Part shown: piece after piece, positions 50,469 to 59,009 of the stretch
Layout: the number at the start of each line of letters is the position of its first letter
How positions within the stretch are numbered: the first letter of the stretch is position 1
Origin: Verrucomicrobiota bacterium
Lineage (GTDB): Bacteria > Verrucomicrobiota > Verrucomicrobiia > Opitutales > Seribacteraceae
Length of the DNA stretch: 64,000 bases
Reading direction: 5' to 3'
Assembly: GCA_027622665.1 (NCBI GenBank)
Contig: JAQBYT010000012.1
Span: 36,080 to 100,079, forward strand
The notes under the pieces: model-generated
Database searches by the model: none
Seen by the model: the letters and a program-made list of their open reading frames with translations, nothing else
What the model was told of the DNA's origin: nothing
Translations under genes and position numbers: made by a program

Positions 50469-51794
50469 TTACAGGCTCCAGCCTTTACGGTATTCACGGC
50501 GGACGTACTGCTCGGCTTCGGCTACGCTGGGCTTCATGGCGGGCCCGTCCCAATCGATTTTCTTTCCCGTGCGAACAGCGAGATTGCCAAGGAGCACCGT
50601 CTCGGTAAAAGGTCCCGAATGGGCAAAATGGGAGAGCGGCGTAGGACCGCCCTTGATGCCCGCCAGCCATTCGTAATCCTCGTCCTTAGTACGGGGTACG
50701 GTTTTGGAAGTATCATTCTCAATTTGGGCGACTTCATCCCCATCGCGTCCTGTGACCAGGAATTTGGTACGACCACGATTGAAGTAAAGCTTGCCCTTAT
50801 CGCCAACAAGAAGAGAACCGTATCCCTTAAGGTTTACACCCTCGGTCACATCTGCATCGGGTAGGTTGGCCTGTTTGTTTTTGCGACCATCATACCAGAC
50901 GAGCTTTACGGGTGGGTTGTCACCTCGTTTTGGAAATTGATAAGTTATAGTAGACCAGTTGGGAGCAGATTCCTTGGTGTTGCCGCCTTGCTTCGCCTCT
51001 ACTGAGTCAGGATACTTGAGATCCAAGGACCAGTACGCCATGTCCATGATGTGACAGGCCATATCGCCAAGGGCACCCGTGCCAAAGTCCCACCAACCGC
51101 GCCACTTGAAGGGCAGATAGGCGGAATTGTATTCACGTTCAGGAGCAGGCCCGAGCCAAAGGTCCCAGTCGAGACCCGCGGGCAAGTCCTGCTTGGCGGG
51201 TCTGTTGCTCATCCCTTGCGGCCATATCGGCCGATTGGTCCAAACATGAGCCTCACTCACCTTGCCGATGATACCGGCCCGAACAAGTTCCACTGCGCGA
51301 CGGATAGGCTCACCCGCGTGAGCTTGGTTGCCCATCTGAGTGATAAGTTTGCCCTCGGCGGCAGCCTCCGTCAGCATACGGGCTTCATAAATGGAATGAG
51401 TGAGAGGTTTCTGACAGTACACGTGCTTGCCTAGTTTCATAGCGGCCATGGCTGCCAAAGCATGAACGTGGTCGGGCGTACTGACGGTGACGGCATCGAT
51501 GTCCTTCTGCTTTTCCAGCATTACCCTGAAATCCTTGTAACGCTTGGCCTTGGGGAATTTCTTATAAGTCCCGGCAGCCCGATTATCGTCCGTATCGCAA
51601 AGTGCGACGATGTTGGCCCCATGGCCGGCGGAACCCGAAACATCGCTCGCGCCTTTGCCACCGGCGCCAATGCCGGCTACGTTCACCCTGTCATTCGCAC
51701 CCCAAACATGAGAGGGGACAAACTGAAAGGCGAATGCCGTGGAGGCGGAAGCCCCGAGGAATTGCCTACGAGAATAACGATAGGTTTTCTTCAT
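50469..51794 (-). CDS. Gfo/Idh/MocA oxidoreductase, Tat-exported
   Basis: SRRQFLG, GIGAGGKG, STPDHVH, YCQKPLTH, GTGALGDMACH, YRKGW; start at MKKTY (51794). Confidence 0.93.
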   Translation of the reverse strand: MKKTYRYSRRQFLGASASTAFAFQFVPSHVWGANDRVNVAGIGAGGKGASDVSGSAGHGANIVALCDTDDNRAAGTYKKFPKAKRYKDFRVMLEKQKDIDAVTVSTPDHVHALAAMAAMKLGKHVYCQKPLTHSIYEARMLTEAAAEGKLITQMGNQAHAGEPIRRAVELVRAGIIGKVSEAHVWTNRPIWPQGMSNRPAKQDLPAGLDWDLWLGPAPEREYNSAYLPFKWRGWWDFGTGALGDMACHIMDMAYWSLDLKYPDSVEAKQGGNTKESAPNWSTITYQFPKRGDNPPVKLVWYDGRKNKQANLPDADVTEGVNLKGYGSLLVGDKGKLYFNRGRTKFLVTGRDGDEVAQIENDTSKTVPRTKDEDYEWLAGIKGGPTPLSHFAHSGPFTETVLLGNLAVRTGKKIDWDGPAMKPSVAEAEQYVRREYRKGWSL

Positions 51795-51925
51795 GAATCT
51801 CACCTTGAGAGAAACCACTCCGGATGCAACGAGAATGATGGCGAATATGGTGTAATCCAAGGAACAATCGGTAGAAACCAGTTACGGGAGCTTGACTCCA
51901 GCCCTCAAGGGGAAATAGTTGCGAT

Positions 51926-54217
51926 ATGCTAAGACCATTCGAGACTTTTCGTTGCCTGAGTTTGGTTGGATTCCTGACCTTTACTTGGGCATGCCTCTCT
52001 TTGGGTACAATATTCGCCAAAGAGTCTAACGCGACGGAACCGTTTCCCATAGACGCCGAAAAACGCGAGGCCGATGCCTTCGAAAAATTGGCAACGAGAG
52101 TGAAACCCTCCATCGCGTTGATTGAAAGCGTGGACAGAATAGGACGTGATGGCGGGCGAGGAACGGGATTCGTTGTCAGAAGTGACGGGGTGGTCGCGAC
52201 TAATTTTCACGTAATTGGAGAGCATCGAGACTTTCGCGTTCGATTCGCCAACGGAAAAAGCTACGAACCTCAGGCGATACTTGCCGTAGATAGGGAGCGC
52301 GACCTGGCCCTAGTGAAAATCGATGCCGAAGACCTACCGGTCTTGGCACTTGGCGATTCCGACGAGCTGAAACTCGGGCAAGGCATTCTATCTCTCGGCA
52401 ATCCTCTGGGTTATGCCTACAGCGTGAGTCGAGGCGTGGTCGCCGCGTTACGAGAACTCGAACCCGGCGACGGGAAACCCATGGTTCAAGTGGCCATTCC
52501 CATCGAACCCGGAAGCAGTGGCAGTCCCGCCCTCGACCTAAAGGGCAACGTCATCGCCGTCCTCGCCATAAAGTCGGGCGGCGCCATGGGATTCGGCGTT
52601 CCCGTAAACGCGCTCAAGCAACTGCTTGCGAACACCAATCCCGTATCAATCAAACACTGGCTCACGATAGGGGCTCTCGATGAGGACGAATGGGAATCGA
52701 TTCTTGGGGGAAACTGGCGACAACGAGCAGGGAAAATCATGGCTTCGGGAATGGGCAGTGGTTTCGGGGGAAGAATGCTGTGCCTATCCAAGGGAAAAGT
52801 GCCGACAGTTCCCTATGAGATGGAAATAGAGGTCAAGCTGGAGGACGAAAGCGGTGCCGCCGGACTGGTTTTCCATGGAGACGGTGGCGAAATCCACTAT
52901 GGGTTCTACCCCACCAACGGCTCACTTCGCCTAACCCGTTTCGATGGTCCCACGGTCTTCAACTGGACCATTCTCCAAACCGTTCAGAGCCAAGCCTACA
53001 AACCGGGCGAATGGAACCGTATCCGAGTGAGTCTCGGGGAAGAGGGGAAATTGGCTTGCTCGGTAAACGGCAGTATTGTCATTGATCTAGTGGACAAGGG
53101 TTTGACCAAGGGCCGAGTCGGACTATGCAAGTTTCGCCAACCAGGGGCAGAATTCCGAAGATTTCGCATCGCTAAAAGTCTTCCCGAAAGCGAGATACCC
53201 GAGGGGCTTGCCAAGCGCGTAAAACATATCGTCCGTAATTTGGAAAATGATGAAAAGCTTGGCAGCAACGACTTGAAATCTCTGGTGTCTATTGGGAAAC
53301 CCGCGTCGAAAGTGTTACTGCAAAAAGCTGATGCGCTTGAGAAAGCTGCCTTCCGCGTTCGGATGTTGGCCAAGGAAGTCCGCGAGCGGGCAGTCATCGA
53401 AGAACTAGCCTCCTCTATTAAACACGAGGACGAAAAGTCAGTAGACCTCTTTCGTTGCGCCCTGCTCATCGCGCGCCTCGACAACGAGGATTTCGATCCC
53501 GAAATTTACCTCCGGCGGATTGAGCGAATCGCCCTAAAAGTTAAAAAGAGCTTTCCCGAAGAGGCATCCGGTGACCAAAAATTGAAAATATTGGTTCGCC
53601 ACCTGTTCGACGAGCTAGGTTTTCACGGAAGTACTCTGGACTACTATCACAAGTCCAACAGTTACCTCAATGAAGTCATGGACGACCGCGAGGGCTTGCC
53701 CATAACGCTTTCCGTCGTCTTGATCGAGTTAGCCGAAAGACTCGACCTTCCCGTCACCGGGTTAGGAATACCTGGACACTTTCTCGCCATGTATCGAGAA
53801 GACAAAGACCTGAAAAAGCCCGAGGTGAAGACCAAGGAAATTCTTATAGACGCCTTTGCCGGAAAATTCGTTACGCGCGAGGAAGCTTCGGAATTAAGTG
53901 GGGTGCGGCTCACGGAGGAGGACTTCAAACCTGCCAGCAAACGTTCGATCATCACGCGAATACTACGGAACCTAATCAGTGTATCCGAACGCGAACGCGA
54001 CTCAGCTTCACGTATTCGCTACCTTGACGCCACCCTCGCCATCGAACCGAAAGACACTTACCTAAGAGCCATGCGGGCGATGGTTCACTACGGGGAGGCG
54101 CGCTTTCAAGAAGCACTCACCGACATCGATTTCCTAATCGAGAATAACCCCGATGGCCCCGAAATGGAACCCCTGCGAGAGATTCGCGACCGATTGAGGT
54201 CTCAGGCAAAAGAATGA
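51926..54217 (+). CDS. Trypsin-like serine protease fused to DUF1080-like, SirB1/transglutaminase-like and TPR domains
   Basis: Triad ATNFHV / RDLALV / PGSSGSP; AAGLVFH...GEWNRI...GRVGL; LGFHGS..DYY..NSYLNEV..REGLPITLS...PGHFL; C-terminal TPR-like helices. Confidence 0.85.
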   Translation: MLRPFETFRCLSLVGFLTFTWACLSLGTIFAKESNATEPFPIDAEKREADAFEKLATRVKPSIALIESVDRIGRDGGRGTGFVVRSDGVVATNFHVIGEHRDFRVRFANGKSYEPQAILAVDRERDLALVKIDAEDLPVLALGDSDELKLGQGILSLGNPLGYAYSVSRGVVAALRELEPGDGKPMVQVAIPIEPGSSGSPALDLKGNVIAVLAIKSGGAMGFGVPVNALKQLLANTNPVSIKHWLTIGALDEDEWESILGGNWRQRAGKIMASGMGSGFGGRMLCLSKGKVPTVPYEMEIEVKLEDESGAAGLVFHGDGGEIHYGFYPTNGSLRLTRFDGPTVFNWTILQTVQSQAYKPGEWNRIRVSLGEEGKLACSVNGSIVIDLVDKGLTKGRVGLCKFRQPGAEFRRFRIAKSLPESEIPEGLAKRVKHIVRNLENDEKLGSNDLKSLVSIGKPASKVLLQKADALEKAAFRVRMLAKEVRERAVIEELASSIKHEDEKSVDLFRCALLIARLDNEDFDPEIYLRRIERIALKVKKSFPEEASGDQKLKILVRHLFDELGFHGSTLDYYHKSNSYLNEVMDDREGLPITLSVVLIELAERLDLPVTGLGIPGHFLAMYREDKDLKKPEVKTKEILIDAFAGKFVTREEASELSGVRLTEEDFKPASKRSIITRILRNLISVSERERDSASRIRYLDATLAIEPKDTYLRAMRAMVHYGEARFQEALTDIDFLIENNPDGPEMEPLREIRDRLRSQAKE

Positions 54218-54218
54218 T

Positions 54219-54782
54219 CTACTCGACGTTGTCCGCGTCGCTCTCTTCACCTTCTTCGCCGTCCGGACCGAGAGAGTAGATTCGGGCACCGGACCTACCG
54301 TCTTCTCGAGGAAACTCGTAAACGTATTCGTTACCCCAAGGATCCCTAAAAGCGACGTCCTTTCCCAAGACTTGGGCAAACCAAACGAGCAGTGCCTGTT
54401 TGTCCCCATGGCTAGCTTTAGGAATAGTGGCAGGATCAAAATCCGGTAATTCGTATTCAATTAAATTTGGATTCAAAGTAGGTTTGTACGGCGGAATCTG
54501 TAAATTTCCCTTCTCATTGTGAAACCCAGCCAAGGACAAAAACAGGCATTCGCCCTGTGTGCATATTCCCTCCGGGCAACGAGGATAATCACCGTAACAA
54601 GCCTTGTAATCGACGACCGAGGCTCTCAGAAGCTCAACATCTACCTTAGCTCTCTTCCGAGCTTGGTTATCCATAACGTAGGAAGTCGCCCCAAACATAA
54701 TCCCGATCAAGATTCCGATAATCAAAACAACCACCAGCAACTCCATTAAAGTGAAGCCCTTTCGTCTCTCTTTAGTCTTCAT
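54219..54782 (-). CDS. Prepilin-type (GspG-like) pseudopilin
   Basis: RRKG|FTLMELLVVVLIIGIL class III signal; DPWGNEYVY and IYSLGPDG motifs. Confidence 0.85.
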   Translation of the reverse strand: MKTKERRKGFTLMELLVVVLIIGILIGIMFGATSYVMDNQARKRAKVDVELLRASVVDYKACYGDYPRCPEGICTQGECLFLSLAGFHNEKGNLQIPPYKPTLNPNLIEYELPDFDPATIPKASHGDKQALLVWFAQVLGKDVAFRDPWGNEYVYEFPREDGRSGARIYSLGPDGEEGEESDADNVE

Positions 54783-55335
54783 TGGATAAAGATTCCGCAG
54801 AGAAACCCAGCTTAAGGAGAACCACTCGCATCTCGGTTAGGTCATCGTCAGCAAGAGCCAACTTCTTGTATTTAGCGTCTAGTTCCACCGCTTTCAAAAG
54901 GTAACGAAGAGCCTTCTCCACATCACCCTTTTGGCAAGAGTAACAAGCTAGGTTGTACTTAATGCAAGCGTCACGAATATGTCTTTTTTCTGCATCAAGA
55001 AGAACCTCGTGAGCAGCCTCGAGAGATTCGCTGCGACGCAAAGCATAGGCTTCGGCAATCCACCATTCCGAAGTATCCGGGTATTGGTGGCGAAGTATAC
55101 GAGCAGTTTTCAGCATGGAACTCCAATCCTCCGCATCTTGCCGAACGGCCAAGTTCATAGTGAGAACATTCCGTCCCAGTCGATCCTCGGGAGAAATTTT
55201 CGACAATTCTTCTTCCGCGTCCTCGTACATCTCGAGGATGCGAAAACCATTGGCTCGTTGCATGCGAACCTTGGTACCAATGGGAGAACATGTGTCATTA
55301 CCGTGGTTATTGGCTTGGTCAAATTCTTCAATCAT
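54772..55335 (-). CDS. TPR repeat protein
   Basis: YNLACYSCQKGDVEKALRYL.KAVELD..Y..LA..D.DL terminal TPR motif; start taken at MIEEF (55335). Confidence 0.8.
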   Translation of the reverse strand: MIEEFDQANNHGNDTCSPIGTKVRMQRANGFRILEMYEDAEEELSKISPEDRLGRNVLTMNLAVRQDAEDWSSMLKTARILRHQYPDTSEWWIAEAYALRRSESLEAAHEVLLDAEKRHIRDACIKYNLACYSCQKGDVEKALRYLLKAVELDAKYKKLALADDDLTEMRVVLLKLGFSAESLSNED

Positions 55336-55441
55336 ATCTTTCGTTCTTATTAATGCAAAACAACACCCTCGGGCAAGGAGTAAGACGAACTCTTCTCTTC
55401 GCTTTGACACCAGCAACAGTGTGCGCCTGAATATTGAATCT

Positions 55442-56692
55442 ATGAAAGCGGAGTTGCAATGCAGGTTAACAGTAATGATCATGACCACAATGATCGCCGG
55501 TTGCGAAAGACGAACTGAAACGCCACCGAAATCGTTAGTTCTCGAAAACGCTCAAAAAGCCAGCGACACATCCGAAGCAAACGCAACAGGTCACAGCGAT
55601 TCAAACACTTCAACCTTAAGCCCGGAGGAACAAAAGCAAGCCCTCTACGGGATTCTAGCTCATCTGGATGAAGCCAAGGAACGAGCGGGTATCGATGAGG
55701 AAACGCTACCCACTTTCGGCTCCGTAAACTATGCAAATGGCGGTAAATACATCGGGGGCTTCAAGAACGGGAAACGGCATGGTCTCGGTTCCTTCGTATA
55801 CGCAAACGGAGACCGATTTCGAGGCCATTACGTGGAAGGGAAACGCGAAGGCTACGGCACCTATGAGTTCACTTCCGGGGAACGATATGAAGGCTATTTC
55901 CATAACGGCAAGTATCACCACTGGGGCCTGTACTTTTTTAAGAACGGCGACAAATACTTCGGGCAATACCGGCACGGCACGCGAAACGGAACAGGCACTC
56001 TATCCAAGAAAAACGGTGAACGCTACGAGGGGGATTTTTCCGATGGCAAACGACAGGGGTTCGGTTCTTGCGTATTCGCGGACGGGTCTCGCTACTCGGG
56101 AACATGGAAAAACAACGAAGCCGAGGGCTGGGGCACTTACGTAATTGCTCCAAAGTCAACAACGGGGAACAACCCAAACAAGTTCCAGACTAGCGGAAAG
56201 GAAACTCAAACCTCTATCGGTCCTTCGGGCGAATCGCTGACGAGTGAATTCCCCGGACAGACCAATCCCATCCCGACCCTGAAAGATTCGTCCGACGTCG
56301 CCGCGAGAGGCTCCCTTAGCCTTGAAGATATCGGCGTATCGCCCGATTCCACAGGCCCTAATCTTCCTCAGTCCATGGACAACAAAACGGATAGTTTGAA
56401 AGACGACTCCACCGATGGCTTTCTAGACTTCGACAACGGAGACAGATATGCCGGCCAAATGCTCAAGGGACTACCGCATGGACAAGGAGCCTACCTTTTT
56501 GCAAACGGAGAACGGTACCTAGGCGACTTCCGCAAGGGTGCTTACAATGGGCAAGGCTTATTTGCCTTCAGTGATGGGTCTCGTTACCTCGGACAATGGA
56601 AGAACGGGTTATTCCATGGAATCGGTATTCTCTACGGTCGGAGCGGGAAAGTTAAGGAAGAGGGAGAATGGGTTGAAGGGCAGCTTGAATAG
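55442..56692 (+). CDS. MORN-repeat lipoprotein
   Basis: Two blocks of YxGxFxxGxxxGxG repeats separated by a Ser/Thr/Pro/Asp linker; lipobox-like MIAGC; start moved to ATG 55442. Confidence 0.88.
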   Translation: MKAELQCRLTVMIMTTMIAGCERRTETPPKSLVLENAQKASDTSEANATGHSDSNTSTLSPEEQKQALYGILAHLDEAKERAGIDEETLPTFGSVNYANGGKYIGGFKNGKRHGLGSFVYANGDRFRGHYVEGKREGYGTYEFTSGERYEGYFHNGKYHHWGLYFFKNGDKYFGQYRHGTRNGTGTLSKKNGERYEGDFSDGKRQGFGSCVFADGSRYSGTWKNNEAEGWGTYVIAPKSTTGNNPNKFQTSGKETQTSIGPSGESLTSEFPGQTNPIPTLKDSSDVAARGSLSLEDIGVSPDSTGPNLPQSMDNKTDSLKDDSTDGFLDFDNGDRYAGQMLKGLPHGQGAYLFANGERYLGDFRKGAYNGQGLFAFSDGSRYLGQWKNGLFHGIGILYGRSGKVKEEGEWVEGQLE

Positions 56693-57834
56693 GTTTTAAA
56701 AATAGACGCTGCAGAAGGTTTCGGTTTAATTCTCTGGCTTGGGTAGCCAAGGCTATATTGCTCTCGAAACGGATCTGCTCTTTGGCTTGCTTTATCTATA
56801 GCCCACCACCAGTTATTGGTCCCGCGGTAATCCCAAGACACCTGCATGGAATTAGCTCCTTCGGGGTTGTTGACGGACAGCTCAACACTCTCATCGTAAG
56901 CATTTGGTGAAGAGCCGTCCTTCTTCAAAATTGTGCTCTGGGAACCACCGTCAAATGAGACGACCACTTTGCCGACATGAGGCTCATTTCTCCAACTGGA
57001 ATAGAACTTGAGCTTCACCTGTCCGGCTTCCGCTCCGGATATATCGATAGACGGAGTGCGTAAACCAGCGTCGAACTGGATTCCAGCATAACCATCGTCA
57101 TCAAATTCGTCAGAGTCCGCAACAGCTATTACCCCAGTACCTTTAGTGAAAAGGTTTCTGCTCTGACCTCCATCTCCTACCACTTCAGTTGCGGTATTTT
57201 GCCATGATTGGGGATCCATAAAAGTCCAACCGTCAAACTCAGGAATAGGAGTACCTCCGCCACCACCATGACCGGCAGCCTTGTTCATGCTCCATTGACT
57301 GGGAGGTGATGCTGTCCAATCCGTACCATCGCCGGACATTACAATCTCCTCCATCGAAGAAACAAAAGGGTTCAAGGCAAGGGTATCGAAGTTTTCTGAA
57401 AAGAACGAACTTCCATTGCTTCGAAACAAATCCTGACCGTTGAACTGCTCCTTTCCCATCTCATTCGCCAAGTTTCTTAACTCATTGAACTCCAAGTCCA
57501 GATTCTTTCGGTCCGAGCTAGTAAGTATCGGGTCAGTGGCTTTGACCGCAAGTTCCCCCATTCGATTAAATACAGACATCGCTACAGTGAGAGCTGCTCT
57601 TTGACCATGCGAAAAAGAAACCGCATTTTGCAGAGAATTGATCTGCGCTTGCTTTGACTTCACCTGGGAACCCAAACGAGAGGCGTAAACATGCTGACCG
57701 CCATCTCCACTATCGAGAACCTTCTCCGCACCTTCTCCCTGCAACGCCCGACCAACTGACCTCTGCAACCCAGCCAAGGCTCGACTCGTAGCAGAGGCGA
57801 GGCTTCCAAAAACTGGTGCGGTGGGTGAAAGCAT
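56632..57834 (-). CDS. Flagellin-like protein with an inserted non-flagellin domain; C-terminus apparently disrupted
   Basis: N-terminal flagellin D0/D1 pattern (INSLQNAVSF...RMGELAVKATD...SSDRKNLDLEFNEL...FNGQDLF). Central FSENFD...EFDGWTF...SSWR...NNWWWAID domain. Flagellin-like C-terminus KQAKEQIRFESNIALATQARELNRNLLQRLF lies in another frame at ~56700-56792. Confidence 0.75.
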   Translation of the reverse strand: MLSPTAPVFGSLASATSRALAGLQRSVGRALQGEGAEKVLDSGDGGQHVYASRLGSQVKSKQAQINSLQNAVSFSHGQRAALTVAMSVFNRMGELAVKATDPILTSSDRKNLDLEFNELRNLANEMGKEQFNGQDLFRSNGSSFFSENFDTLALNPFVSSMEEIVMSGDGTDWTASPPSQWSMNKAAGHGGGGGTPIPEFDGWTFMDPQSWQNTATEVVGDGGQSRNLFTKGTGVIAVADSDEFDDDGYAGIQFDAGLRTPSIDISGAEAGQVKLKFYSSWRNEPHVGKVVVSFDGGSQSTILKKDGSSPNAYDESVELSVNNPEGANSMQVSWDYRGTNNWWWAIDKASQRADPFREQYSLGYPSQRIKPKPSAASIFKTYSSCPSTHSPSSLTFPLRP

Positions 57835-57972
57835 GAAAGTATCGGTGAAGATACCGGGGGTCCACTTCCATGCGGGATCTCGGATGACGTGAAATTTCGA
57901 AACGCCTCCGTGCGTACGTATAAATTTCCGCGCAGGTAAACTATTCTCGTCAAGTGCCTGACCAAAAATAAT

Positions 57973-58899
57973 TCACTTTTTTTTATTCCACAAAAAAGCC
58001 AAAAAACTACCCAATATGCAGTGAGTAACGGCACTCAAAGCACAAGGCGTAACCGCCATTGGCAGATTCCCGAAATGCTTGATAGCCAAGGCAGATCCAA
58101 GACCTGAATTCTGCATGCCGACCTCAATCGAGGCCGTCCGGCAAACCGAAGCATCAAACCCCGCAAGTTTCGCAAAAAGGTAACCGAGCGAAAAACCTCC
58201 TATGTGCAAAAGAGCAACGGCCGCGGTCAAAATTCCAATATTGTCTAAAATTCTATCCCTATTGGCAGCCATCACGAAACCCACGATCAGAATGATAAAG
58301 AGAACGGACACGAAAGGTGAATAAACGGACACTTGCTTGGCGGCCTTGGAAAAGAATCGATTGAGGATCACACCCGTGGATATGGGCAAAATAACAACGA
58401 GGAAAATGCTCTTCAGCATCGCCCAAGCGTCAACAGGCACGTACTGCCCCGCGTAGAACTCGGTGAGCAAGGGCGTTAGGACCACTGCCAACAAAGTGGA
58501 AATCGCCGTCATGCTGACTGACAAAGCGACGTCCGCCCGAGCAAGAAACACCACCACGTTTGAGGCCGTTCCACCCGGACAACAAGACACCAGGATCAAT
58601 CCCACCGCCAAACCCTTGGGAAGGCCAAAAAGGTAGCCGATTCCCCATCCGAGAACGGGCATGATTAGGAACTGAAGAACGACCCCGACCCCAATCGCCT
58701 TCGGATACTTCAACACTCGTAGAAAATCATCTACAGAAAGGGTCAAACCCATCCCCAGTAAGATCACACCCAAGCCGATGGTAATGGCATCTTTGCCAAA
58801 CCAGAGAAAGGCCGGAGGCCACCACAAGGCAATTAGGGCAACCAGCACCGACCAAACCGGAAAAAGGTTGGTACCCACACGAAAACAATTTGCAAGCAT
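57973..58899 (-). CDS. Bile acid:sodium symporter (BASS) family transporter
   Basis: GMGLTL..DF, QFLIMP, LVSCCPGGTASNV, SIEVGMQNSGLG. Confidence 0.93.
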   Translation of the reverse strand: MLANCFRVGTNLFPVWSVLVALIALWWPPAFLWFGKDAITIGLGVILLGMGLTLSVDDFLRVLKYPKAIGVGVVLQFLIMPVLGWGIGYLFGLPKGLAVGLILVSCCPGGTASNVVVFLARADVALSVSMTAISTLLAVVLTPLLTEFYAGQYVPVDAWAMLKSIFLVVILPISTGVILNRFFSKAAKQVSVYSPFVSVLFIILIVGFVMAANRDRILDNIGILTAAVALLHIGGFSLGYLFAKLAGFDASVCRTASIEVGMQNSGLGSALAIKHFGNLPMAVTPCALSAVTHCILGSFLAFLWNKKK

Positions 58900-59009
58900 G
58901 GAAATCAAGAGACCTTGCCACCATCTCCATGGCAAGGAAAAGTCGACCACGGAAACCCGAATTGACTTTACTTCGGGCCTATGGGAAAGAAAGATGAGTA
59001 ATCAACACC

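Noticed and set aside
55115..55441. Extended N-terminus of the MORN ORF overlapping the TPR ORF head-to-head
   Set aside because: Downstream starts (55442 and 55335) remove the overlap and give a lipoprotein-like signal.
55720..56680. Periodic Gly/Tyr-rich repeats
   Set aside because: Protein-level MORN repeats; no identical nucleotide repeats with spacers.
57835..57870. CCGATA upstream of the flagellin-like start as a sigma-28 -10 element
   Set aside because: No matching -35 (TAAA) at the proper spacing, and it lies only a few bases from the ATG; too weak to call.
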